A stretch of 64,000 nt of DNA from Piromyces finnis finn (Eukaryota > Fungi > Neocallimastigomycota), in assembly GCA_002104945.1 (NCBI GenBank), contig MCFH01000023.1, positions 248,001 to 312,000 on the forward strand, read 5' to 3'. Shown in pieces: positions 37,140 through 50,674 of the stretch (position 1 is its first letter; each line of letters starts with the position of its first letter). The notes below the pieces were generated by a model that was not told where the DNA came from, did no database searches, and worked only from the letters and a program-made list of their open reading frames with translations. Made by a program: the position numbers and the translations under genes.

Positions 37140-39937
37140 ATTTAAAACACACTATTTTAAATAATATATATATTAATTAATTATATATTTCAAAATTTAA
37201 ATATGTAAATTACTAAAAAGAAAAAATAAATATAAATAATAAAAAATATATATAAAGATTTTCATTCATCTCTCTCATTTCTTTTTCAATAAAATTTTAA
37301 ATTTAAATTAGGAACAATGAAAGAAGATTGGTGTTTTTCTCTTTTTTTTTAAATTAATTAATTTACCTAAATGTTTTAGTTTCTTTTATTTAAATTAAAT
37401 GTAATATAATTTTAAAATAATTATGTTATATCAAAACCTATTATAAATGGATTAATATATATAAATCAATAAACTAAAAATATTAATATTTATATATTAA
37501 AATTTTAATATTTGTTTTTGTGTCAACAATTTAGAACTTCATTTATTATATTTTAAAATTATTACCGCCATTATACCTTTTATATACATTTTATGTAACA
37601 TTTTTAGTGTAACTATTTTTGATGAATAAACTTTAATCCAAATAAAAATACAAAAAAACATTTTTCTTTTTAATAAAGTGTCAACAATTTAAATTTATTA
37701 TAAAACGTGTGTAACATTAAAATGTTTCTTTAATAAATTATATTAATAAAATTTTAAATTTATGGAAATTACAAAAAAAAAAAGGAAATTTTTGTATAAA
37801 AATTTGACCCTTTTTCTTTAAAAGTAGTAATAATGTATTATACAATTATTTAATATATATAAAATAGACTATATAATATTCAATTATTAAATTTTCTTTT
37901 ATGTTAGTTACTTATTCCTTATTCAGTACTATATAATATAGGAAAATGTCTTAACCTACTTTCCAATTTCTTTATTTTTTGAATAATACATTTTTAATAA
38001 TCTATTCATTAATTGTAATTTAAGTATTATTAAGTGTATTACAAAAACAGAAATACAAATATATTAGTAATGATGACTATTATTGTCTCATTAAATTATA
38101 AAAAAAATTAAATTACAAAATATATTTATTTTCTTTGAACCATAAAATGAATATATTTATTATTTTATATTTTTCATATTGTTTTCCATTATCAAAATTA
38201 TTGATCTTATAGCAGACGAAATATGTAAAAGCAAGTATTATTAACAATGATATTAAAGGATAGAATTGAATGTACAAAAATAAAAAGACATAACAATTAA
38301 GTATCCATGTTTAAAATAAAAAGTTTTGAAGTTCTAATATACTTAAATAAAAGTGTAAAAATTGATAAAGTAATATAAAGAAAATTTAATTAATATTAGT
38401 GTCCTTGATTTTTATTAATATATAATACAATTTTCAAATATTTATTAAAAATTCGTATAAATGGTTTAAAATATAAGTTTTTGAAAAAAGTGATAAAACT
38501 TTTTTAAAGTCATTAATGTATAATTAATAATTTTAATATTATTTATTAAAGATAAAAAAATTAAATTTTATTTTTATTATATATTCAAATTTTCCTTTTT
38601 TCCATTAGTAATTTAACCAATAATTTTTTAAAAAAATTAGCCTTTAAAATAAATATTTTCTAGGATATTAGATTATAATATATGAATGTAGCTTATAATG
38701 ATAATACAGCTTTTTTTTTTTTCTCAAAAGAAATTAAAATAAAAAAAAAAAATTTAAAAGAAGCCCAATTAGTCAATTAATATTAATGGAAGGGAAAAAA
38801 ATATTATACCTATAAAAAGACTTTATTTTATATTGTATTATTTGAATAATAATTTTCCATTATAATATCAACCATTAGGAATAGAAAAAACGAGTCAATA
38901 TTTTCAAAACAAATTGAATTTATTTTTATTGAAATAGTTTAATTTTGTCTTATAAAAATATACAATATTCCATCTCTTTAATATTTCATATAATATTTAA
39001 TATTAAAATATTTTTTTTTTTATTTTTATTCACAGTTCTTATAATTTTTAAGCTCATTAGTTTCAAAGTTTATTTTGTTAAAATTCATTGTTTAACATTG
39101 CTTAAAGATATTTTGTGTTGTGTTTAATATTGTTACAAATCAAATAATTACGCGGTGTTGTGCTTTGTTCATCCCTTTGTCAAATAAAAAATATAGTAAA
39201 ACATATCTATGTAGATGACTATTTTATATATATATAAGTGGTAATAATATAACGATACGTAAGTAAAAGTAATATTTCATTTTAATTTTTTTTTCCTTTG
39301 AAATATGTATCCTTTTATTTTAAAAAAAAAACTTTTCTTTTCATTAGATTAAATAATGATATATAAATATAATATTTAGAAAAGAACCATTTATATTAAT
39401 ATATGAATTAGGTATTTAAGTTCAAATCTTTTATGAAGCTTTAGCTATAATATGTATTATAGTATATAGTAATGTAAAAATGAAATTATATTATTAATAA
39501 TATTATTCAAGAACACTACAATAAAAGACTATTAAAAAGATAACTACTTAAATTTTAATAATTTATAACACAAATTCTTTAAAATAACTGAAAGATTTAA
39601 AGATTTTATTATTAAATTAATAAAATAATTAATTTATTTCTTAAAATACTATTATATCAACATTATTATTATTTATGTTTATATAATTCAGTTTATTATT
39701 TCAATGTTATTTACAATATAATTTATAATGATAAAAATATAATATTTCTTTTAATTAATGTTTTGAATATAATATAATTGATCTAGAATGTACATTCGAT
39801 TTAATTTATAAAGATTTCATATTGCTTTTTTAAATTAGATATTCTAATTATTCAAATTTTGTTTAAATATTTGAAATATATTTTTTGTTTTATATATTTA
39901 AAACTATAGTAATCAATAAAATTGAAAAATGTTTAAA

Positions 39938-40132
39938 TTATAAATCACCATTATAAAATTTTTCTTTTAAAATACAATAGGTGGTCCATGAACCTTGACT
40001 TTGATCCTTTAATAATTGATTAACAATTTGGGCTCCTTCTCTTGAAGTTAAAGGTCTTTCATAACCAGCTTCACTGCTTGGTTGATTATTTTGTCTTCTA
40101 CCATTACTATTTCTTGAAGTTCTTCCTGGCAT
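39938..40132 (-). CDS. Small hypothetical protein (64 aa)
   Basis: ATG-initiated ORF with GC clearly above its flanks and a non-random hydrophilic sequence; no recognisable domain. Confidence 0.35.
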   Translation of the reverse strand: MPGRTSRNSNGRRQNNQPSSEAGYERPLTSREGAQIVNQLLKDQSQGSWTTYCILKEKFYNGDL

Positions 40133-42903
40133 TTTATCAAAGTCTTTATTTAGTATTTATAATATTAAAAAAAAAAATTAGAGGGAAATTTTTTTTTATA
40201 AATTTTTAAAAAAAAACTTAACCACCAACCCTCAATATTGCCAATTAATAATTATATTAATAATATACAATTATTTGATTTGAAAATTGTATATTGCTAT
40301 ATATTATGGGCCAATAGTAGTAATAATAATAATAAATTTTTTTATCCTATATTATTAATATGAAATATTGAAGTTTTATAATTTGAAAAAAATAGTGGTG
40401 GAGTGTTAAAATTTTTTTTAACAATTATATTTTTCAAAGTATATTATATTTACTAATTTTATATATATATCAAATAGATTTGTAGAGTTGATTGATGATA
40501 TTTAGAACAAATTTTTATAACAATAATGAAAAGTATTCTACATTAGTTTTCAATAGACGTTGAAATTAATTTTTTCAATATTAATTCCCAATTATTAATT
40601 TATTAGAATGAACAAGAACTTATTAATATTGAAATTAGTATATTATTCAGTAAAGAAGAAAAAAACAATATCAATAGAAAATAATAATTATTAAAATTGA
40701 ATGTTCCTTTTTATTCTTCTAATAGTTTCTTACGGTTTCTTTTGTATTAAATTTAATAATAAAAGTGACTTTATTAACTATTATAAATAAAATTTAGCAT
40801 AGCATTAATAACGTGGCTTGTACTAAATTAAATTTTCAAAAATTTTAATTTTTTTAGTGGTAGCAGTAGTAGCTCTATATATGGTATAATGAAAAAACAA
40901 ACCAAAATTTATATTATAATTTTATTGATAGGTTTAAAAATAGTTAATATAGTGAATGAATCAATGCCTTTATAACAAACTTTTATATTAAAATAATTAT
41001 ACAAGTTGGTTTTAATTATTTTCATATTCATTATATTTAATTCGTTTTAAAGATATTTATTCATTGTATATTTGCATGTTTTAAATATCAAAAATATTTT
41101 GTATAAATATATATTCGTTAATATAATAAAAACAATTTTATAATTAAATAATATATCAAGAATCTTGTATAAAATAATAAAAAACAAAAGATTAAAAGAA
41201 TATATAATAACTAAAAAAGTTACAAAAATTGAGTTGATTATTTATGATAATATTCAATAAATTAAATAATAATTTTAATTCATTATTTAATAAATTAAAA
41301 AATATTATTTAATGTTATTCGTCACAATTATTAGTAATATAGTACATTTATAAATTAAGATTTTATTTATAATATTAAATATTTTCTGTAAAATTTTAAT
41401 TGAAAAAATGCAAAATAAATTTTTTTTAGATTTTAGATTTGTGTCACATAAATAATATATTATTAATAGATAAAAAAGTTTTTTTTTCAATAATAGAATA
41501 GTAGGAAAAAAAAATATATAATTTCTTAAAATAAAATTATATATAAAAAGTTTACATTGTAAAGGTTTTTTTTTTCTTATTAATTATGAACCTTTATCTT
41601 CTCAAAAATAAAAGGTAGAAGTAGATGTCTTTAAAAAAAAAGTATAGAAAATAAAATCTTATATTCTTAAATATGAAAATTGTGATTTGTCTAATGAATA
41701 ATAAACCAAAATTTGACCATATATTGGCTCTATTTGACTATATTAATATTTTACTATCAATTGCATTAAATGGAAATTTATTATTAAATAATAAATTTAA
41801 AACAATCAGAATATAAGTCTTACATATTAAAGAAACATAAAATTAATAATGAAATTTTTGAATTATTATTTTAGATGATGATGTTTTTTTGAAAAGTTTT
41901 AATAGAATCCTTAAACTGTTTGAATTATATTGAATAAGAGTGAACTAAGACACTCAAATTAGAATAGTCTCTTTAATGGGAGGTAAACACTGATACAATT
42001 TATTCATTTTATTGCTTCTTATGATACTTTCCAATATAAGATAAGATGATATAGGTTCTACCAGATTGCATTTGGTTTAATTCAAAATAAATACAACATT
42101 AAGTTATGCAAAACCTATACAATGTATATATTATAATTTATAAAAAACATTTTAATTAATTTAATATATATTCAAATAATAAAAATAATTGTTTAAGAAA
42201 TATACAAATCGATTTAATAACATATTAATGTTTAATGTTAAAAATATATATTTAATTAAAATTCTAAATATTATTATTTAATTTTTATAATAAAAAATTT
42301 TTTTATAATATATTTAATATATTATTAATGAAAAATAAACATTAATTAAAAAAAAAGATGTTATATATATATTATTTATTTTATTTTTTCAACTAAATAT
42401 TATATATTGGCATAGTATAGAAGAGGTATTTTTTATATAAAAAAAAGTATAAAGTATTATAACAAATACTAATACTTTTTTATTTGTAGTGGCGATTTTC
42501 TTTGATTTACTTAGATTTCAATATATTTAAGTATATGATACATTTGTGGGATAAATAATTAATCCACCACTTAACCACTAAAATTTTTCTTTATTTTTTT
42601 TTTGAATTAAAATTTAATTTATTTTTCTTTTTTTTTTAAAAAAATATCCAAATTTAGAAATCAATGAACCAATCAATGTCTTATTCATAAAAAAAAGAAA
42701 TGATTAACCAATCATAATTAATGATAAAATTATAATATACATAAAGAACCTTAAAAACTATAATCTTTTTTAATTTAAAATATTTAAAAAAAAAAACATT
42801 TTTGATAGTCAGATTTAATATATAATAACAAAAGTATTAAAAGAGTATTGTAAATATTGTAATATCAGGATAAAGTAATAATTTAATATTTAAAAAATAT
42901 AGA

Positions 42904-44298
42904 ATGGGAATAAGAAGTGAAAAATTTATAAATAGAAGTAGAGAAAGGATAATATCCATCAGAAATAATGTTTTTACTAAAACTTTTGCTAAAAGAATAG
43001 CAATATACTTATTTGGTCTTTTTATGATAACTGTTGGAATTGCTTTTTCAGTAAAGTCAGATCTTGGTGTATCCCCAGTAAGTTCTATACCTTATTCTCT
43101 AACATGTATTGCAGGTATTGAAATGGGGAAAGCAACTATAATATTTCATAGTGTACTAGTTCTTATTCAAATTATTCTTTTAAGACGTAACTTTAAAATA
43201 AAAAATGTATTACAAGTAATAGTTGGTATCATTTTTGGTTATTTCACAACATTATGTAATTGGTTAATTTCATATCTTCCGGATGTCCATAATATAGTAT
43301 TAAGAATAATATTTATATTACTTAGTTCATTTTTTATTGCATTTGGTATTTTCCTTTACATGCCAGCTAATATTATGCCACTTGCTGTAGAAGGTACAAT
43401 GCAAGCTGTTTCATATGTTACTCATATAGATTTTGCAAAAGTTAAGATTGGATTTGATGTTACTATGGTTATTATTTCATTAATTAGTTGCTTGATATTT
43501 ATTAGAAATCTTGGTAGTGTTGGTGCTGGTACAATTGTTTCAGCTGTTTTAGTAGGTATGATTCTTGGTGTTATTACAAAATGGTTTGGTGCAAGAAGAG
43601 ATAAATTTCTTGATAAAAATGTGGATCCAATGAAAGATAAAGAAAAAAAAGAAAGATCTTTGGAAGAAGGAAAACTTGACAATAATTTCGTTATCACAAT
43701 TTCTAGAGAATATGGAAGTGGCGGTAGAGAAATTGGAAAAGAAATTGCTAAACAATTAGGAATTGACTATTATGATTTAGATGTTATTCGTAAAGTTGCT
43801 CAAGAAATGGATATTACTGAAACAACAGTATTAGAAAATGACCAAAGTATAAAAAATGTTGCAGATAGTTATATATTAAATTGGTGTGCTCAAACTACTA
43901 CAGAAGAACAATTACCAATAGTAGAAAGAATTTATTATTCACAAACTAGAATCATAAAAGATATAGCGTCTAAGAAATCTTGTGTTATTATTGGAAGACT
44001 CGCTAATCATATTTTAAAAGATACATGTAAATGCTTTAATGTATTTATTGGAGCCGAAATGGACAGTAAAATAAAGCAAATTGTTAAAAGAGAAGGCTTA
44101 AGCGAAAAAGAAGCCAGATTAAAAATAGAAAGAGTAGAAACTGAGCGTGAAAATCATTGTAAATATTTTACTCATACAGAATGGCGTAATCTTACTAATT
44201 ATGATATGTATATAAAATCTGATATTAGTGGTATCGAAGGAACAGCAAAAATTATTGTTAAAACAGCTAAAAAAAAGTTGAATTTCCATAAGCATTAA
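42904..44298 (+). CDS. YczE/YyaS-type (DUF6198-like) membrane protein fused to a cytidylate-kinase-like P-loop domain; bacterial type
   Basis: N-terminal half: LGVSPVSSIPY and GSVGAGTIVSAVLVG, multi-TM. C-terminal half: VITISREYGSGGREIGKEIAKQLG, SCVIIGRLANHIL and YDMYIKSD. Intronless. Confidence 0.85.
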   Translation: MGIRSEKFINRSRERIISIRNNVFTKTFAKRIAIYLFGLFMITVGIAFSVKSDLGVSPVSSIPYSLTCIAGIEMGKATIIFHSVLVLIQIILLRRNFKIKNVLQVIVGIIFGYFTTLCNWLISYLPDVHNIVLRIIFILLSSFFIAFGIFLYMPANIMPLAVEGTMQAVSYVTHIDFAKVKIGFDVTMVIISLISCLIFIRNLGSVGAGTIVSAVLVGMILGVITKWFGARRDKFLDKNVDPMKDKEKKERSLEEGKLDNNFVITISREYGSGGREIGKEIAKQLGIDYYDLDVIRKVAQEMDITETTVLENDQSIKNVADSYILNWCAQTTTEEQLPIVERIYYSQTRIIKDIASKKSCVIIGRLANHILKDTCKCFNVFIGAEMDSKIKQIVKREGLSEKEARLKIERVETERENHCKYFTHTEWRNLTNYDMYIKSDISGIEGTAKIIVKTAKKKLNFHKH

Positions 44299-45113
44299 AT
44301 AAGAAAAAAGAAAAAGGGAAAAGAGGGTTATAGTATTTTTTTTATATTAATTAATTATTTATTTATTTATATTTATTTATTTGTTTATTATTAAGTTTCA
44401 TATAATTTAAAAAAAATATATATAAAAGAAATTAATTTATTTTTAAAATTGATGCAGTAGGGTAAGAATGTTATTTTTCAAAAATATATCAAAATCAATG
44501 TATTTTAAACTTTTTTTTTTTTATTTCATATATAAATGTTTTTAGAATTATTTATTTATTAATTTATTTATTCATATAAATCAGTGAGGTCAGTATTTAA
44601 AATGTATAAATTTTTCATATTTAATTTAAATTATTATTATAATATAAATATGATATTTTTAAAATCATATTTAATTATAAAAAAACCATAAAATATTTAT
44701 TATTTTTTTTTTTTTTAAAAAAAAATAACAAAAAATAACAATAAAATAAAAATATAAAAAATAGTTTTTTTTTCTTTGTTTTTGTAATAAGTTATTCATT
44801 TTTAAAGTGTTTTATTTATTTTTTTTATTTATTAATTTCTAAATTTACTTTTCAATTGTTTTTTATGATCATTCCATATGTTATTGTATCATAAAAAATA
44901 ACTTTTAATATTATTAATATATTTAAAATATTTTCGTTATATTTAATTTTATCATATAAATATATTAAAATAAAAAGATATAAAATTATATATTTATATT
45001 AAAATTTTGATAGTAAAAACTATATTATCAAAATACATTATTTTTTATATTTTTTTTTTTTTATTTGTCATTATGGAATATATACTTTTTTTAATTTGAA
45101 TTTACAAGTATTT

Positions 45114-46286
45114 TTACTTTTTAATGTAAAATGAGTAATTTACTAAGTAATTATGAACAATTGAATTACCACAGAAGGCGCATTTGGTACTACTATTAAA
45201 GTTTTTACCGCATTTTTTGTAACTTCCACCAGCAAATAAATCAACAGCCTTATACATTATATTAGCTTTAGCAACGCATTCAGTATGTAAAACCTTATCA
45301 GCTTTTTAAAATATTTAAATTAGTAATTATATTTTTTTGTTTGAGTTTAACTAAAATATATAAAATATATATTGAATATTACAAACAAAAAATTAATTAT
45401 AACTATATATGGATGCATAAAAAAAATAAATATACCTATTTTTTTAGTATCATATTTAGCATTACATAAACTTTTTAAATTTGCCAAGAATTTTTTATCA
45501 CAATTACTTTTACCCATTTGACAATCATAACAAACATCATGACTGTTACAAGCTGGAAGGAATAATCCAGTATAGGATTGTCCAATACTGAAATTATCAG
45601 TTATCTTTGGTCCACAACCATTAACTTCAACTATAGCTGTTTTTACAGATTTTGGATCTTGTTGATATCTTGGAACATTATATTGGTAATTGCTTTCAAT
45701 AAGATTAATTTTTCCTTTTGATACAGCATCACAAGTAGCAGTAGCTCTCTTTTCCTTGCTTACAGTATTTACTAATTCACTAGTAGGACTTTCATTTTCT
45801 TGGCTATTTTCAATTTCTACTACTTCTGGAATATTATTGCAATTACTACATAAATAAAATATACAAAAGTCAGTATTATTATTTTATTTTCTTAATATAT
45901 ATATAAATATGTATACATTACTTTTTGCACATTTCATCTAAATCTTTTAAATTTATTTGCTCGCCAATAATACTAATGATATCTTCACTATTTTTTAATT
46001 TCATGAAATAATCGATTTTTGAGTTTGCTAAAGTACATAACCATTTACATTGATTAACATTAATTTTGTTATTACCTGATGAGGTTAAAGAATTTTCAAA
46101 GTAATTATTTCCTTCAACAATAAAGTCATAAATTTCTCCTGCTTGGCATTCTGAAATATTTAACTCAACTGCAATATCCTTAATTGTATTATTAATAACT
46201 TCATCATCATATTTGCTTTTACATACAGCGGCATTAGCAATACCACAGACACTTAATAAAGTTAATGCAATATTATAAAAACGCAT
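45114..46286 (-). CDS. Secreted pre-pro phospholipase A2 (group IX/XII-like), paralog of 21806..23423 lacking LysM/CBM18 (exons 46286-45922, 45845-45436, 45301-45114)
   Basis: Signal peptide MRFYNIALTLLSVCGIANA. After KEKR: CDAVSKGKINL...NGCGP...FLPACNSHDVCYDCQMGKSNCDKKFLANLKSLC...ECVAKANIMYKAV...CAFCG...SFYIKK*. Splice phases are consistent; exons 2 and 3 are not in the ORF track. Confidence 0.82.
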
Positions 46287-48789
46287 TTTTTTAATCAATT
46301 ATTACTCTTTTTAATAAATTGTGAATTAATATTTTAAAAATTATAAAATATTTGTTTATATAGTGAAGATTTTTCTTTTAAAGAAAACTTAGGAAGTAAT
46401 TATTTAAAGTTTTGAAAAGAATATATAACGAAAAAAAAAAAAAAGGTTAATATTTATATAAATTTTGTTTCAAATAAAAAGTATTGAGAGTACAAAATAT
46501 TGATAAAAATAAAGTATGTTAAATAATATTATTTTTTAAATTCTATCTATTTATCTTTATTTAAATATTTATTTTCTATATATTTATATATATATATAGA
46601 AAATAGTTAAAAATTCTACTTTTATGCTATTTTTCATTGAGATAGTATTATTTTTTATACTTACTATAATAAATTTTCTTTAATATTTTTATTTTACTTA
46701 TTTTTACTTTTTTTTATTTAGTCTATTTTATCATTATGATGCTTTTTCTTTTTATTTATACTTTAGAATATACTTCGAAACATTTAAACTATTGTGTTAT
46801 TTTTATATTTAATAAAGTTTCTAAGAAATTATATCAAATTTATTATTGTTTTATGACTGTTTTATGTTAATAGCTAATTTAAATAATATAATAAAACTAT
46901 AAATGTATACATTATATTATTGATTTTCCCCACTTCAAAAATTAATATTATTAGCTTTGCTACACCCATTTTTTGTATAAGCTAATTTTACCATAAAATT
47001 ATTAATATATAAATATTCCTTCAACTCTTCGGGAGACAGAAAATTGTTTGCTTATTTCTAAAAGCAGAAGGAAATATATTAAATAATAAAAATTTTATTT
47101 GAGAATTTTCCCAAAATTAATTAAATTTGAAAAAACACAAAGTTAATTTAATGTAAAAGTTAAAAATAAAAACTCTTAATATTCAATGGCAGATTAATAT
47201 AGAAGATAGGAAATAACTTTAATAACTTAATTATTTTCTTTAATTTTTTTAATTCATCAATAAAACTTATATATTGATTTTAATTCTCTATTAATTTCAT
47301 TTATTTCTGATTAATAATTATTATCAACCTTTGTAGAATGAATAATTGGAGTAATATATAATATTATACCTCCGGATTTAATAAATATATTGAATATTAT
47401 TTTTTTTTGTAATTGTTATTGTTAAAATGATAAAATAAAGGGAAAATGAAAATTCTATTACCAAGAAAAATATTATAATAAAAATTAATATTAATTCTCC
47501 AACTCTTATGAAATATGGTTAATATATATGAAAATTTGTGGATACAAAATACTATAGTTTATAATGATAATATAAATAAGATTGTTGAATAGATAAAGAC
47601 ATTTCAAGTGTATATAAAAATGAAAAAAATATTATAGTTTTCTTCTATATATTTTAATTAAAATGGTATTGTATAGAAATAGGTTGTATTGTCATCTTGA
47701 GTGTTAAGAATATAATTATAATAATTATAATTTTATTTTTTTTATTAAATATGATTAACAATTATTCATTTTTTTCATATATAATTAATATTTTAGTATA
47801 AATTATTTGAAAATTATATAGAAATAAATAAATTAAATTTTAGAAATTATAATAATAATTATAAGAAATAAAGTTTTAAATAATGGCAAAACAAATAATA
47901 ATAAATAAATGAAAAAATAAATATAATGATGTGTGGCTTATTATATCAAATTGAATATGAAATCAAAAATGTAATTAAAATGTAAAGTTAATATTATTTT
48001 TTTAATAGGAAAATTTAATACAATAATTTTAACAGGAATAATTTAAAATTTTTACATAATTATTGATATCTATATATTAATTTAATCTTTGATTATCTGT
48101 AAATATTATTGATAATAAAAAACTTTTTTTCTTTAGTTAGGTAATTTTTAAATTTCCTTAATTACAACATAATAAACATATCCATAATGATTTCAAATTA
48201 ATTAACCATATTATTATAAAGTGAAAAAATATATACAAATTAGAATGTTTAAAAGTTATGCTTAACCATCAAAATTATACTACAAAAAAAGGTAGAAATC
48301 AAAGTTATAGATTTTTATGATTGGAAAATGAAGAATTGACATTAAGCCAATCATTTTAAGGTTTTATATTGGATTTTAATATCTTTTAATTTAATTTAGA
48401 TTAAAAAAAAGTATAGACAAAAACTAAAAAAGAATGGATTTAAATCAAATTTTAAAAAAAAAATAAAATAAAAAAATAAAATAAAAAAATAAAATAAAAA
48501 AATATATTATTAATTTGAATATAATTTCCAAAAAAAAAAGGAAACAATTTACAAAAAATATAATAATAAATAAAATAATATATATTATTTTCCATAAAAA
48601 TAATTATTATTAATTATAAGAGTATAGATATATAACAGAAATAATAATAATTAAATATTAAATAAATTAATTCCAGTAAGATTAGAAAATAAGAAAAATA
48701 TTGTTATAATTTAAAATTAATAAAAGTTATAATAAATTATAAATATCAGTGACAGAAATACATTAAAAATTAATACAACAGAAAATAAA

Positions 48790-50001
48790 ATGATAAGTTT
48801 TATTAAAAGTAATTGGTTAGGTATGGCAGTATGTTTGGGTATTGCCATTCCTTCTTTCTTTTTAGGAAAATTATTTCCAATTATTGGAGGAGCAGTAATT
48901 GCAATTCTTTTTGGTATGATTATTACTTTATTCTGGAATGAAAAAGGAAAAGCAGCAGTAGGAATAAAATTTACTTCGAAATATATTTTACAAGCTGCAG
49001 TAGTTTTACTTGGTTTTGGTATGAATTTAAGAGTTATTTTCCAAACAGGAAAACAATCACTTCCAATTATTGTTTGTACCATTGCAACTTCTTTAATTGT
49101 TGCCTGGGGATTACAAAAACTTATAAATATTCCAAAAAATACTTATATTTTAATTGGTGTTGGTTCTTCTATTTGTGGTGGTTCAGCAGTTGCAGCTACT
49201 GCTCCAGTTATTGCTGCAAGTGATGAAGAAGTAGCTCAATCTATATCTGTTATTTTCTTTTATAATGTTATTGCTGCTATTATATTCCCAATTATTGGAA
49301 AATTAATTGGTTTTAGCACAAAAAATGGTGAAGCTTTTGGTATATTTGCTGGTACTGCAATTAATGATACATCTTCTGTTACAGCTGCTGCTTCTACATG
49401 GGATAGTATGTGGAAACTTGGTAGTGAAACACTTGATAAAGCTGTCACAGTAAAATTAACAAGAACTTTAGCTATTATTCCAATTACATTAGCATTAGCC
49501 ATTATTAGAACTCAAAAAATGAAAAAACAATCCAAAGCAGAAAAAATGGCTGAAATTGAAAGTAGTACAGAAAATATTAATAATAAAGAAACAGAAAATG
49601 ATAAGGAAGATGATATTGTTAATGAAAAAATAAATGAAAATGAAGAAGAAAAGGAAAAGGAAACTGTACAAGAAAAAGAAACTAGTAATGATAGTAAAAA
49701 TGAAAAACAATCATCTGGTTTTAGTTTAAAAAATTCTTTCCCATTCTTTATTCTTTATTTCATAGTTGCATCTATTATAACTACCATTGCTATAAGTTTA
49801 GGAGCATCATCTTCCGTTTTTACACCATTAAAAGAATTAAGTAAATTTTGCATTATTATGGCTATGTCTGCTATTGGTTTAAATAGTAATCTTATTAAAC
49901 TTATTAAATCTGGAGGTAAACCAATTATTCTTGGTGCCTGCTGTTGGATTGGAATTAGTGCTGTTAGTTTAATTTTACAAAAAATTATGGGAATATGGTA
50001 A
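48790..50001 (+). CDS. yeiH: YeiH/UPF0324 (putative sulfate exporter) family membrane protein; bacterial type
   Basis: Motifs [54 protein letters not shown] and MAMSAIGL. Intronless. Confidence 0.88.
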   Translation: MISFIKSNWLGMAVCLGIAIPSFFLGKLFPIIGGAVIAILFGMIITLFWNEKGKAAVGIKFTSKYILQAAVVLLGFGMNLRVIFQTGKQSLPIIVCTIATSLIVAWGLQKLINIPKNTYILIGVGSSICGGSAVAATAPVIAASDEEVAQSISVIFFYNVIAAIIFPIIGKLIGFSTKNGEAFGIFAGTAINDTSSVTAAASTWDSMWKLGSETLDKAVTVKLTRTLAIIPITLALAIIRTQKMKKQSKAEKMAEIESSTENINNKETENDKEDDIVNEKINENEEEKEKETVQEKETSNDSKNEKQSSGFSLKNSFPFFILYFIVASIITTIAISLGASSSVFTPLKELSKFCIIMAMSAIGLNSNLIKLIKSGGKPIILGACCWIGISAVSLILQKIMGIW

Positions 50002-50497
50002 ACTTAAAGTAATAAAAAAATACAAAAAAATAGAATGGAATATTTAATATAATTTAAGCAATAATAGAGATTTAAAAAATATATTTATGTATTAAGATTA
50101 TCTTTCTTTTTTTTTTTTTTTTCAAAAAAAAATTTAATAATTTAAACAATATCTTATTTATTATAAATTATTAATATACCTATTATTCAAGGAAAAAAAA
50201 AAAAAAAGATTTTATAATTTTAAAAATAAAATGATAGAAATTATATATTTTAAAGAAATGAAATATTAAAAAAAAAAAAGTGTTTGTATTATATGATAAA
50301 TACATCAATTAAATAAATTTTATTTATTATTTATTTTAAATTATTAAAAGTATTTTTTTTTTCTTCAAATTGTTATGTAAAGTAAATTAAAAAAGCATTT
50401 GTAAATAAAATTATAAGAAAAATGAAATGAAAAAAAGTAATTATTTTAAATATATATAAAGTGTTTGTGTAAGTTTTATCATCTTATAAATATTTTA

Positions 50498-50498
50498 C

Positions 50499-50549
<51 letters not shown>

Positions 50550-50552
50550 TTT
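50498..50552. repeat. (TTTA)n tetranucleotide microsatellite
   Basis: Read directly from the sequence. Confidence 0.85.
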
Positions 50553-50674
50553 GTTAAAAAATTTTTTTTTCTGTTGGAAATTTTAATAGTCATTTATCTT
50601 AAAATATTTATAATAATTATTATTTTATTTTTTATTTATAAAAGAATAAATTAAAAAAAAAAAAAAAAAAAAAA

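Noticed and set aside
41590-42130. Degenerate coding-like sequence with SLMGGKH (faint helicase/Helitron-like motif)
   Set aside because: Many stops, and only one weak motif; it cannot be supported without a profile search.
46920-47420. Slightly GC-richer, coding-like fragments
   Set aside because: No open frame or recognisable motif; possibly a decayed pseudogene.
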